A DNA stretch of 64,000 bases, from assembly GCF_964355755.1 (NCBI RefSeq), contig NC_092673.1, positions 29,137,648-29,201,647 on the forward strand, in the 5' to 3' direction. Shown one piece after another: positions 1-13,200 of this stretch (position 1 is the first letter of the stretch; each line of letters starts with the position of its first letter). The position numbers and the translations under genes were made by a program. This DNA is from Antedon mediterranea. Lineage: Eukaryota > Animalia > Echinodermata. The notes under the pieces are model-generated. The model ran no database searches and was not told the DNA's origin. It worked only from the letters and a program-made list of their open reading frames with translations.

Positions 1-1165
1 TGAAAGCAATAAGTATTTTTAATTTGAATATTTGAGCTGGCTATGACTAGCTTATACTTGGTAGTGGTTATGCCGATAATGTTTATAAAAATCTTTAAAA
101 AAATTTAAATTTTACTATGTATATATAGCAATATTAAATGAATAAAGCTCTAAACTAGTAATAAAACTAGTTTGATAGTGTAGATAGAGCTTAACCAGTC
201 CGTTTAATGATTCATTTTATTTATAAAAAAATATTCTTAGTCATTATAGTATACTGCAATTATAAATTATGAAAACAATAAAAGTTCTGGAAGACCACTT
301 GTTATTTAAACATGGTTTTTGCTTTGTTGTTTTATCGTCTTAATTATGCCAAGCAAACAAATTTTCATTTTAAAGTGGACCAATAAAATTTCTTGAATCT
401 TGAAAAATCGAAATTGGCAAACAGAAATTTCGTTTTTACTCATAATAATAATGAATTATTTATAAAAATGCTATTTTTGTATTCAAGGATATTTGTATAT
501 TGATTAGAAGGAATTAAGTATGTAATCAAATTGGCTGAATAGAAGCAAGGCTCGGCCTTGGATTTATCTATTACACATTCAAATGTAAACATCAATATAT
601 CAAAACTTTAAAATATTAAAATATCAATATTGATGCTGTATGCTTTCAGCAACATCATATTGTTATGAATTTCTGCTAGGAGACAAACATTCATTAGGCA
701 TTAAAAAAATAAAAAATGCAATATTTAAATAGAAAAATAAAAAAGATGAGTTTGAAATGAAACAGAAAAACAGACAACACAAACCATGTCAGTAGAGCTG
801 TACATATATGAGCAAGAATTAAAGAGGTATCTATGAAACCAAAGAGTATAAGATACACTAGACGAAAACTAATTGAACTTAAATTCAAAGCAAGGCCCCA
901 CACAACCCCACCCCCATCTTACATGAATCTTACAGTAATATTTTCAACAAATTTTGAAAAGTAGTACTAGTCGTTTTACTAGAGATTACCGCAATCCAAA
1001 CATGCCCAATCTTTGTTTTTTTCACGTTGAATTTAGATAAAAATGTGCAGAAAGCAACCGTGCAGGGTATGATTTTATGATTCCAAATCGATGGGCTAAA
1101 AGCAGCATTAGCACCTCTTTAATTTCTGCTATAATTCCTTACATACACCAGGGGTTCATACAAAC

Positions 1166-1279
1166 CTGTCTAGAGTAATTTGTTACAGGCAAGGGCGGGT
1201 ATTCACACTTTTCAATCTTCTTACACAATTTATACAAGTCCATTTTATCGCCATAAAATGGAGAGTGAAGCGCAGCCAT
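1166..1279 (-). CDS. NEK7: NEK6/7 exon 6B (duplicated alternative copy)
   Basis: tag|ATG...CAG|gtttgt, 114 nt, open frame, [38 protein letters not shown]. Confidence 0.88.
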
Positions 1280-4200
1280 CTATAGACAACAAGTAACACA
1301 ATAAGCAAAGAAGCACACAGAAAGAAAGCATAGATTAGAAACAGGAGGGCGCCCCCAGGGATGGCGGACAGGAAGGTGTACAGCCTCCAGTACTAACCTC
1401 TTCAGAATAATACTCAGCTGGCAGTGGAGGATAGTCACACTGTTCAATCTTTTTGCATAAAGAATAAAGATTCATCTTATCCCCATAAAATGGAGATTGC
1501 AATGCTGCCATCTATAGGACATGAATGTTGAGAAAATAAACACAAACAGGTAATCATTGTGACATCACTCAATTATTAATTCACTGTTTATTATAAAAGC
1601 TGAGCTGATTGATAATATAATTGAATTCAAAAACTGGCTGTCAGGAAATTAGTTTTCCTGTAATATGAAAGGACAGAATAATTACTCTGTAAAAACACTC
1701 TGATTACATTTTCATTTCGTTGATTGTGGCATCATCAATTTAACAGGAGCCTAAAAATTTCAATATTATAATTTGATTACGAGCATTAATCTCTTATTTT
1801 AAAGCAGTTTGAACGACTCCGTCTAAAGAGATCTACTACACTGAAAGTGTGATATGGTAGTGATATGACATCATGTCCTTCAGGACTCAACAAAGTGTCA
1901 CCTTAATAAGCGTGTCCTCTTGCATATAAGGGTTAGCCGTATTTCCCCTCGTTCTTTTAACATAAACGTTTCATTAAGGGTGTCCCTAAAGAAGTGGTTT
2001 TACTGTAATTCCCAAACATTCATACCTCATAGAGTAAGCATCCGACGGACCAAACATCTGATTTAAAGTTGTAGCCGGTTTCGTGAATACGTTCAGGGGA
2101 CATGTAGTAGGGTGTACCCACCAGCGAGTGAGCAGCAGTCGTCTTGGAGCTAAAGAACCGGCCTAGGCCAAGGTCACCAAGCTTTACTATCCCGCTGGCT
2201 GTTATGAATACATTGGCTGGCTTGATATCTGCAAAATACAATGTTTAGCTACTGAACAACAAATATATATATATATTATTTATGCCAGTAGCTTGAATAA
2301 TGAATCATGCATTTATTTCAAGATTTTTAAGTTGATGGACATAATTTTGAATGTCAATATTTATGGACGATAATGAATGAACGATTGATTTGTATTGTAT
2401 TAAAATTTGCTTTCTACAGAGACAACTACTTTCATAGCCCTAAGGTTTATCATGTTGAGCTGCCATTAAGAGTGCTTATATTCATCTGACAGGGCCTGAG
2501 ATATGTGGTAGACCTCTACTCTTCCAAAAGTTGCACATAGTTTATTTAAAGTGCCCTGAACCAGATGTGTACACTGGACCTCCACTTTTTAGGTCCTTAA
2601 TCAAGAAGACTCATTCTCCTAACAACTGGTTGAAGAGAACGTAAACCTGTGCCGATTTTATTGCTCTTGAATCAATATTTACATGTAATTTATCAACAAT
2701 TGTGATCATTAATATTCAAGTAGTAATCCTGTATTATGTAAACCAAACATACAGTACTGCATTTCTTCTTCTAGCGCAAACACTTCGTAGTTTAAATTTA
2801 AACGAGAACCACTTAAACTGGAGTTTACTTGCTACCACTTCAGTGGTTTAAGACAAAATTACAGACTTAAGTTAGTAATGTTTACTGTACTACTTACAGT
2901 AGTTGATTATTTAATCAATGCATCCACTAAATTACTGTAATCGTCCAAACTCTACTGAAGGATACAGTAGCATACTAATGGTTTTGTTTGTAGATAATTA
3001 TACTTTACATTAAATTCAAAACCTTAGCAATTGCTTTAAATGCAAAACACTGCAGAATGAGCATTTCTTTGCATTTGATACTAAATTATGATTTTTTTAC
3101 AGACGTTTCTTGTCTTATTACTGTAATTAAAACAAATATTTCTGAGAAATAAAAGAATCAAAGACTATCTAATAAAAATAATTCTAAAATGATCTAAATT
3201 CTGCAGCATAAAATTGACTACAAAGCATATGCTATATAATTTGATTTACAATAGAGTTTTCTCTATTTTTGTTGCTGTATGTTGCATAGCAACATGACAA
3301 AATAATTTCTTTCCGACCTATAAAAAATACTATTTATACTTTTGCTATATAAACAGTAGACAGTGTGTATCTATTAAGTAGCCATCTTTTGCTCAATTTC
3401 TAAATTGATCAAATAAAATACGACATTAGTATCGATAGCAACAAAGTTCAATTTCATTACAAAATGATACACATGCATTTTAGAAGATATTAGCACACTA
3501 ACTGTCAACAATGCCATTAAGACGGAAATGAAATAATCAATGTAAAGGGAGGATGAATAAAGTACAAATTTGGTTTTTGAAAAGAACGGTGAATCCACAC
3601 CACTTATTTATTTAGCGCCCATTAAAAACAATCGGAATAATATTGGACTTTCTATAACCAGACGGGTCAGCTTAAGGGTGTGCGGTATTAATAGGTCATT
3701 GTATTTACAAGTGTAACCAACCAACTAATCCTAATATATTTTCAGTTCTAAAAATATATGTGGTTATCGTAAAGTATTTTAGTAAACAAAAAGAATTAAA
3801 TGAAGTGAAGGGTAGCGATTGATGGTAATATAATGCTTTAATCCGGCTTTTATACTATAATATCCTCTTTACCTTTTAATATGTCAATGAAAATTAAAGC
3901 ACCATTCACAGGAATTTGTGGTTACCAGGAAATGGTGTTATTGACAGAAAGAGGATACAAAAACAGGGAAAAACCTACAATAATACCAAAATCTATAATC
4001 TTTTAATAAAAGCATTAAAGCAAGCCAGAAATAAAGATAATACAGCATTTATTTCTTTTCTGATATTTACTAACCAAGATAATTACATTTTAAAGGCCAG
4101 GTGCGGGCAAAAAATTTCTATTTATCATACATTCCAATAATTATCGATCTATAGTTTCCCCTATGTTTCATAATTTTTGGGATTTTATTTGTGTTACACG

Positions 4201-7200
4201 AGTTTGTTGAAAATAAGCACTTTCTTATCAGTGGGGGGATAGTTCAAATTACACAGTAAAATCTCTATTCTTTTGTACACAAATTTTGTAAATAGAGAGG
4301 CATTTTAAAAAGCTATGAAAAATAAACGGTGTGGTAAAAAATGTTATCAGATGACTAAATATAGGTAATATAACTTGAATATTACATTTCTGATTGTTAT
4401 TCAACTTCAGATTTTTATTTTCATGCTATGGCAAAAATTATCCACCGTATATCCACCATCTTTTTTCACCGTCTAGGGAGTCACCAGACATGTTATTACA
4501 TTAGGTTAACTACCTAACTACTGAAAAAAAGTCTTTCTGGTTTTTATGGAAAATTCTGCCAAATTTTGTATTTGACCATATTAAGGGAAATTCATGTTTT
4601 TTCATCTCGATTTCTGTTACAAATATTTGATTTATGTACAATTAACCAAATATTATATTTAAATTCATGCCTGTACCTGAGCTTTAAGGCTTGATGATGT
4701 AAAAGAATACAGAAGTGTACTGTACTTTTACAAATTTCAAATACAAAAAAAAGGGGGATTTCCGGTGGGATGGATAGGAAGTGTTTTATGTGGGTTGAAT
4801 GGGTATGGCTAATGCACAGTTGTACACTACATGATTCAATCACTTTTATGGTGGTGCGATGGGTTTTCTGGTTGGGGCTTGTTTGTGTTTGCCGCAGGGT
4901 TTATCACTGAATTCATTCCCAATTAGCAAAGGTGCACTGTAGTGTAACTTATAGATTAGAATGGCTCTCTTGTTTGGCAATGCAGTGTCTGATTCTGTAA
5001 GGGTCAGTTAGAGAACAGTCTACGGAAAAAAAAAAAATAAGTATTTTACACAAAAATAAAAGTCTGTACTACCTCTATGCATGACCCGTCTTGAGTGCAT
5101 ATGCTGCAGTGCAGCTGTTAGTTGTACAAAGTATTTCCAAATAGTCTTCTCTGGAATTAAACGCTTCTGTCTTTTGAAGTGCTATCGGAAAAAAGTAAGT
5201 CATTAAATAAACAAGATAAACATTTTAAAGAATGATATTAAATGTGACCAATGACCAATTAAGTGGCAACTGTGTTTAGTGACCGCATCATTCTAAACTT
5301 TAAATATCATTGTTTTGTTTATCTATTTAAAAATAACTTCAATTTAATAAAACTATTTACTGTAGGTATTTTTACAATATTCAACTCTAACTCCAATATC
5401 AGAAATGGAAAACACTCCCAAAACTGGACTTTCTTGGAGGTCCAAAATGTCCCAAAATCATTTTTAAGAAACACATTCCGAATACCAGACTTACTAGAAA
5501 ACCAGACATATCAGCCCAGGGTGTCTGGTGTAGTATTGGGAGAGTTGACTACAATACTTTGACAGAATATAACTGTATAGAGTAGAGAGTGTGCTCAAAT
5601 TACAAAGTTTATAAAATAGCTTCTTTCATTGTACAATATGGCAAGAATGTGTGACATTGAATGTGGTATGAAACAACCTTAGAAATGCTAACAAGTAGGG
5701 TCACACAGGGTTTAATCAGGTAAAGACATGCATTGTGAACAACAATAATATTGTGTTTAGGTACATATACATACAGTACTGACTACAAATCATGTACCAT
5801 AACCCGCGTTTGTCGCGCGTGTAAAATATGTGTAATTGCCGCGTGCCTGTATTTGCCGTGTGGACCATGACGTCATCACTTTGTAGCTTTTTACTGGTAA
5901 AATATGGAACTCCCGGTACGACGCCCGCGACAACACACATGTGGATATCAGTTGTTCTAGTTTCTATTGTTTAGGCCTACCATCATATTTATGTAATCTG
6001 AACCTGCCCGTTACTGTATGTAACAAAGTTTCTTTTTCTCTATTGTTAGGCAAACAATAAATAAGAAAGTTTATAGAATTCATGTAAATTGTTTTTCATC
6101 GGGGTTTTGTTTAGAGTTCACGTCGTATTATTTTATACAGTATAATGTGAGGCGTACAGCGAGAAGTGTACAACAGCAGGGAGGCTAGGCTAGAATAGAG
6201 AGCTACTGTACCTAAGCCCCCCACAATAAAACATATTTAGCGATCTTTAATAGGTGCCTAGGTCAATAAATAGCCTAATAATAGTAATATTATAAAATGA
6301 TGTTTCCTTGTATTTTCATAACCGTAAGCCAAATATTTAAATTAAAATACAGAGCTAGTGTTTTAGGCCAAGTACATAAGGATTCCCGTACATAACTGTG
6401 AATGGGTTTTTCCGCTGCTCGGTGTAGAAAGTCAAATTATTACGTTCTTCCAACACGTTTATTAAATGTCTTTTAGTATATTTCTATCTAACATGTCTGC
6501 ATTGTATACTTGCTTTATAAATTCTCTGCTTATGAAACGACTTAATAAGTTGACGTTTAAAGCAGATATTTGTCTGACATCAGCCCATGTTTATAATGAA
6601 AACAAAACAGGGTTCCGAAAATGGCACAGTCCAAAATGAGGTGTGCAATTAAATAATATCAACGTAAACATATGCGCACGGTATCAGGGCTGTAATTATA
6701 AGAGAACTGATTTTCCCTGGACGGGAAATGGTAAAAACTTGTATTTATTCGACCTCGCTTCTCTCTCGCTCTGGCTGTGTGCGGAGGAGGATCGCTCCAA
6801 CGTGGTTTCGTGGAGCGATTAATGGTCCAGTCCGTAACAGGGGTGTATATTAGTTACCGCGCTAAATACATGCATGTCAATACTGGCGTTGTAATACTAT
6901 ATAAATTATTTCCTCCCCGACTCAATGGATGAACTCTACAACGTGGTGCGTACAGAAAGTACGTCATTCGGCCACCAGCGACGATCGTGTTTTGAAAGAT
7001 ATTGTTAATGGGTCTTTTCTACCTTGTTTTTTTTAATGAGTTTTCTCAAATACTTAATAAATATAACTTAAAAATATATATAAACAAACTCTGAAAGCAA
7101 ACTAGGCCTAGAATAGTAGTACTGTAGTGTAGTAGGCCTACTAACCTCCATGATTGCACTATGATAAATAAATCGATTTTTTATTTCAAATAGGCCTATA

Positions 7201-10200
7201 TTTTGTTATATAAAATGCTGTTATCCTGTACTGTAATTCCAGTTATTGTCTGTTTGATGATAATAATATATGAACAAAACATCAACAAGTTATAAATGCA
7301 GTTCGCTGCAGTTGAATTACTCAATGCAGTAATGCATGAGTGAATATGGACAGTATTGTTAGTACCTAATTACACGCGAGTCACGCGTTTTTCACACCCG
7401 TGTAAAATGTGTGGGCTTGGTATATGATATGTAGTCAGTACTGTAGTAACTATAACATTTCTATGGGTTGTACTGTCATGGAGAATGATCACACTAAATT
7501 GTAAAGGCCTATTATCAATACTGTGCAGCGGTTAAGGCAGGGGCGCCGTTTACCGTACCTAAAGAGCCAACAACATCGGCAAGGGTTCGAGGCCGACTCG
7601 CTCCTAGTTCTGATAGTGGAACAAAGTCTTCTTGGATAAGGACTATAAACCGTAGGTCCAGTGTACACATACATCTTACAATTATTAAATTGCCAATAGT
7701 TTTCTCTATTTGAATATTTAGCTGTGCAAAAATATAAATAACATAGAATCAATATGTTGAATAATTAATTGAATAATTAAATGTTAAAGCTAAAAACCTA
7801 AAGACATCGTTGAGGAATAATTAGTGCTGATTTCTATTTTTATTTTATTTTTGAAGTGTGAATATTTAAATGGAGTGTGAATACTGTATCTAAATGAAGT
7901 CTGAATATCCAATCTGAGTGTCAATATCCAATCTGAGTGTCAATATTTTCAATTGAAGTGTGAATATCCAATCTGATTGTGAATATCCAATCCGAGTGTC
8001 AATATCAAATCTGAGTGTCAATATCCAATTGAAGTGTGAATATCTATTTAGAGTGTCTTTATCCAATTTGAACTTTAAACTAAAAATGAACCTGATAAAC
8101 TGTAATTGACATCAATGAAGTTGAAAGAAAATGTCAATTTAAAAAATCCAATTTCAATAATTCCGTGAGTCCTGATAATATTCATAGTTTGATCAAACCA
8201 TAAATAATATCTAATGGCAAGTTTTAACAATCCATTTGATAAATATTGTAATTTAATCAGGATGCATAATTAATAAATATTGCAATGTTTTTCATGTCAT
8301 CAGTTTACTGATAATGGCTGTGTGCAAGACACAACCAATAATTATGAAGCAGAATAAGGCAAACACCAATGAAATACAGGTGTGACCAAATTGTAATTGG
8401 AGTCATTGTGAGCATGTTGCTTACACTATAGTAAGTAGTATGAGGAGAAAGGTCTTTCACTTTCACAGTAATTAATTTGAAGTGTAATATTATCAGTAGA
8501 AAATTAAGGTGTGACCAAATTGTAATTGGAGTCAGCGTGAGGAACTACCACAACATAGCATGTTGCTTACACTATAGTAAGTAGTATGAGGAGAAAGGTC
8601 TTATTACCGAACACTTTCACAGTAATTAATTTGAAGTGTAATATTAATGTACTAGTAATATTATCAGTAGAAAATTGAGGTGTGACCAAATTGTAATTGG
8701 AGTCAGCGTGAGGAACTGTCACAACATAGCATGTTGCTTACACTATAGTAAGTAGTATGAGTAGAGAGTTTACCGAACAAAGTTTTATTCTATTATCATA
8801 GAAAATTGAGGTGTGACAAAATTCTAATGAAGGAACTAACAACAAAAAATATTGCTTACACCTTACCAGTATAAAGACAGAGGCCTTGAAATCAGCCATC
8901 AGATCTTATTATTACCGAACACTTTCACTTAACTGAGTTGAAGTGTACTTGTTCAGTAGGAAATTGACAGGAATTAATCTATTGTAAGTAGGATAAAGCA
9001 GCCAGGCAATGATAGCGCTTTAAATTAACGTGCATTGTACAGTTGTTTACATCTTTTAATTTAGCTAAATTGGTAGGCAGCTGAAAATAAGTTGAAATCC
9101 TGCTTTTGATTTCAAAGACATGATAATCTATGTTTAAACCCAGATTTACAGAAAGCTAAGCTGGGAAATAATTTCTTGAGCCAATGACCCTGTTGATTGT
9201 TTGTTTAGGACTCCATTATTTACCCTGTAAACAACTGATTGGTTTCCATTATAATAACAGAAGGGCCCAGCCGTTTTAGGACTCCATTATTGACATTGTC
9301 AAAAGTGTTTTCCATTATCCCAGAAAGGCCCAATTAGGACTACATTATTGACTCAGTACAACAATTGTTGGATTTTACAACTCTTGCCCAATACTACTAG
9401 TACTGTGCATGTCCAACAAAGGATAGCCTACGTTTACTCTACATCGTTGGTTTGCTTTTATTCTCATGTGGATTCAACTCTTGCCTATTAACAGTAATAC
9501 AGTACATGTCCAACAAACAGTAGCCTAACAATAAACAATATTTACTTTTTAAAAATGAATAAGACTAGAGGTGAAACTTGATATTCTAAAGGATTTCAAA
9601 GTTTTCATTTCGGATGAAAAATCACCCGAGAGATTGTTTGACACAAGAGCATATCATTATAATATCCATAATTTGCAGAACAACTTTGCTTGATGAATAA
9701 ATTACGAAGGATTTGTGAATTATTTCTCATAATTACTTCTTCTTACCTTTATCATACGAGCCAAATCGCCAGCATCAGCAAGTTCTAACACAATGTTTAA
9801 TTCATTATTTTGGATGAAGGACGCAAGGTACTTAATGACGTTTGGATGGTTCAATTGCTAAAAAGACAAAATAAAGATTATTAGGAGCATTCAGAAAAAG
9901 TATAAAGCTCTGTCTACACAGGGAGTTGTAAAATTATTATTTTACAACTCCCTGGTCTACACTATAAAACTAGTTTGACTAAAAAGTGTAATGTGCACAA
10001 ATATGGTAGTGATATTCCCAAATATGGTAGTTATATGACATCATCATGTCCATATATGGGCACATTACAATTTTTTCACTTGGGCCAACGTAAACAACAT
10101 TGTGGCGCATCAACTTAATGAATCGGCTTACTACACAAGGCTCAATTTGAAAACGGTTCCCTGAGGGATGATATGAGATCACAGCTTAACAAGATACAAA

Positions 10201-13200
10201 GACACAGATTACTGCTACTGTGACCAGAGGCTGCAGCACTCAATTTATGCAATATTACTTAAAGTTCACACTAAGTTTCTTACGTCTTTACTTAGTGTAA
10301 ATTAAATTTTAAAAATGGAGGATAAGATTAAGAAGGAATCATCATCCACATTCTATTAATAGACTATCAGAGTTAAGACCCATTCACACGAGGATGATAA
10401 CGATCGACAACAAATAAACACATTTCTCACATACAGTAAGGAAAGAAATTAGAAAGGTTTTCGTTCTGGAATTACCGTACTGACGCGGGTATAAGCCCAT
10501 ACTCGGGTATAAGCCCACCCCCGACTTTTGACTAATTTTCATGAAAAATGAGGAACTCGGGTATAAGCCCACCCATTAATTTCTTTGGTACATTTCTATT
10601 TAACGAACATTGTATACTTGCTTTTCTGCTTGATAAATTCTTGTTAAATTGATGTTTAAAATAAGATATTCTACGATAAATTACACGAACTAATTTTCCG
10701 ACACTCTACACCTCGTGTATTTAGAGGCAACGTCGTACACGTGAGGGCGCTCACTCGCATGGTGGAATACACAGTGTACATGTGCTGTTTTTGACGATCT
10801 GCATTTTTGGATCCTCGGGTATAAGCCCACCCCCCAAACTTGACGTGATTTCATGTTCGAGGGGGGTGGGCTTATACCCGCGTCAGTACGGTATACGATA
10901 ATAATTTATACTTTCTTTGATAATAATAACATTTTTAAAAATCCAATCAAATGATGTCATGATAAATAAAATCTTTGCATTGTCACGATATTATTACTCT
11001 TACTAATCATGACGTCATTTGATTGGACGTAAGGAAGCATAGATGGTTATCCTAGATAAAAACTTTTTAGACTTTTTATGTTTGAAAACCTGGACCATTG
11101 ATCGTTAAATTGTCCTTAGTGTAACTGGGCATTTATAAGAATAAATTGACTTCCAACTGATTAAAAATGGTATTTGAAAATATTTACATAAAATAAACAC
11201 TTGCCAAACTACTGTACATAGGCATTAATAATATTAAATATAGTATTAGTATAAAGAGAAATCTTCTTTTTGATATATATTATTATTTCTTTTCTGCAAA
11301 GGGTCTTATGACTACAGACATTACAATTACAGATCCCTGCAATACTAACAATGTAATACAGTTAATATATTGCTGAATAAATGTGAATAATAATTAATTG
11401 GTAATCAGATGGTTGATACAAATATACTGCCAGTAGTGTTATATACATTGGGAGCAATTATACCATTGTAAACATTGGTAGTGAATTTACAGTATATACT
11501 GTACTGATGTCAGGGAGATACCTCCTTAGTAATACATTGCAATACTGTGTAGATAATGAATAATTAATGAACACTGGCTTAATACATCTATTACAGTATT
11601 ATTTGCTGAAGAAAATCAATCAACTAATTGTTTACTGACCAGTGAGTAAATCCATAAATTAAACAGATTAATTCAAAAAATTTTCGATAAAATTCAAGAG
11701 CCATCTAGATTCGACGTGCTTTATTTCAATTTCTTTGTATGCAATTTGATGTACAGTATTTTTCTTTTTTGTTTTATCGTCTTAATTATGCCAAGTAAAA
11801 CCAATTTCAATTTTATAAAGGTGGACCAATAAAATTTCTTGGAATCTTGAATTTCATTAATGTTTTTTAACCATTTTCAATCAAACAAGTTTTTAATTAA
11901 TTTATTCATTATTCTCTCAATAATATTCAGCTCTTTTATTTGACATTCAAGGTTTTAGAGTTCAAATTATTATACCAATAAAGCAATAGGCCTGTCATCG
12001 TAAAATGATACCATAATATGGAAAGCATACAGTACATTGTAGGCCTGTCATAAATTGAATTACCAATATAAAATGGAAAGCACAGACTGGTCATAAAATT
12101 ACTTATCATTTTTAATAATGTAACATATTGTGCACACACAATAATAGTATCGTCGTCATTAAATACTGAATTATATATATTATTAAAAATGTAATTTTTA
12201 TAAAGGAGACATTAAAAACAATGAGTATCAATGGTTCACTAACCAACTCGTACATAATTGAAAATATTTTGTACAAAATACATCAAAAATATTAAAAATA
12301 CAAAAAACTAATGAACATTTTGAATACTGAAATCAATTTGCAATTTTCAAATTATTTAAAAAATTTGCTTTACCGAATAAATACATAATTGAATAACATT
12401 TTTTACTTGTTGATGTACAGTATTGTACTCCAAAAACAAAAAAATTTATAAAATAAGACTTTAAATAGGTTATGTTGTAGTGTAGTGTTAATCACTTCTG
12501 TAGAAAAAAAAATTTGACTATTTTTGCTTTAAATTACATTTTTTCAGGTAAAAAAATAAAAATTTTTCGATCAGGTTTTTTGTCAAAATGAATATGCAAC
12601 ATTAAAATGGCATGTTCAACAAAAATTGTTTTCAAATTTATTTTTTCAGGGGGACAACATATCTTTAAACATTTTAATTTAAAAAAAAAACCACAAAAGA
12701 AAATTGTCAAAACTGACTTACCTTTAATAAATCTATTTCTTTTATACAATCTTGTCTGGCTTTGGCATCCATCATTTCAAATATCTTAAAATCAAGAAAT
12801 ATGGTTTATGATAAAATGTAATCAATATTTACTACAGATTGATTCACATGTCAAAGGTCAATGATATAAGATGGAGATCTGATATTGTATTTTATTGGAT
12901 ATGTATACCTGTGTTCTTTGTCAAACACACTTAAAATAACATGTTAAAAACTAACATAACAGACTCACTTTATACAGAATTAACATAATGTTTTAATATA
13001 ACATTTTATCTTTAAAAAATGTGTATGGCTGTATTAAAAGCAACATTTTGCTACTAATTACTAACTGTGAAACGTACCAATTTCAAGTAAAATGGTTAAA
13101 ATAACACACAAACCATGTACAGTAGTACTTTATAATACCACAATAGTTCATTCATTTCATTTTTTTTATGTCAGTATGGTTTGGTTTTTAAATATTTTTT

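Noticed and set aside
4767-4784. Resemblance of gggatggataggaagtgt to 1358-1379 in the intron between NEK7 exons 6A and 6B
   Set aside because: Short, gapped, same-orientation match with no common complementary partner found; could be chance
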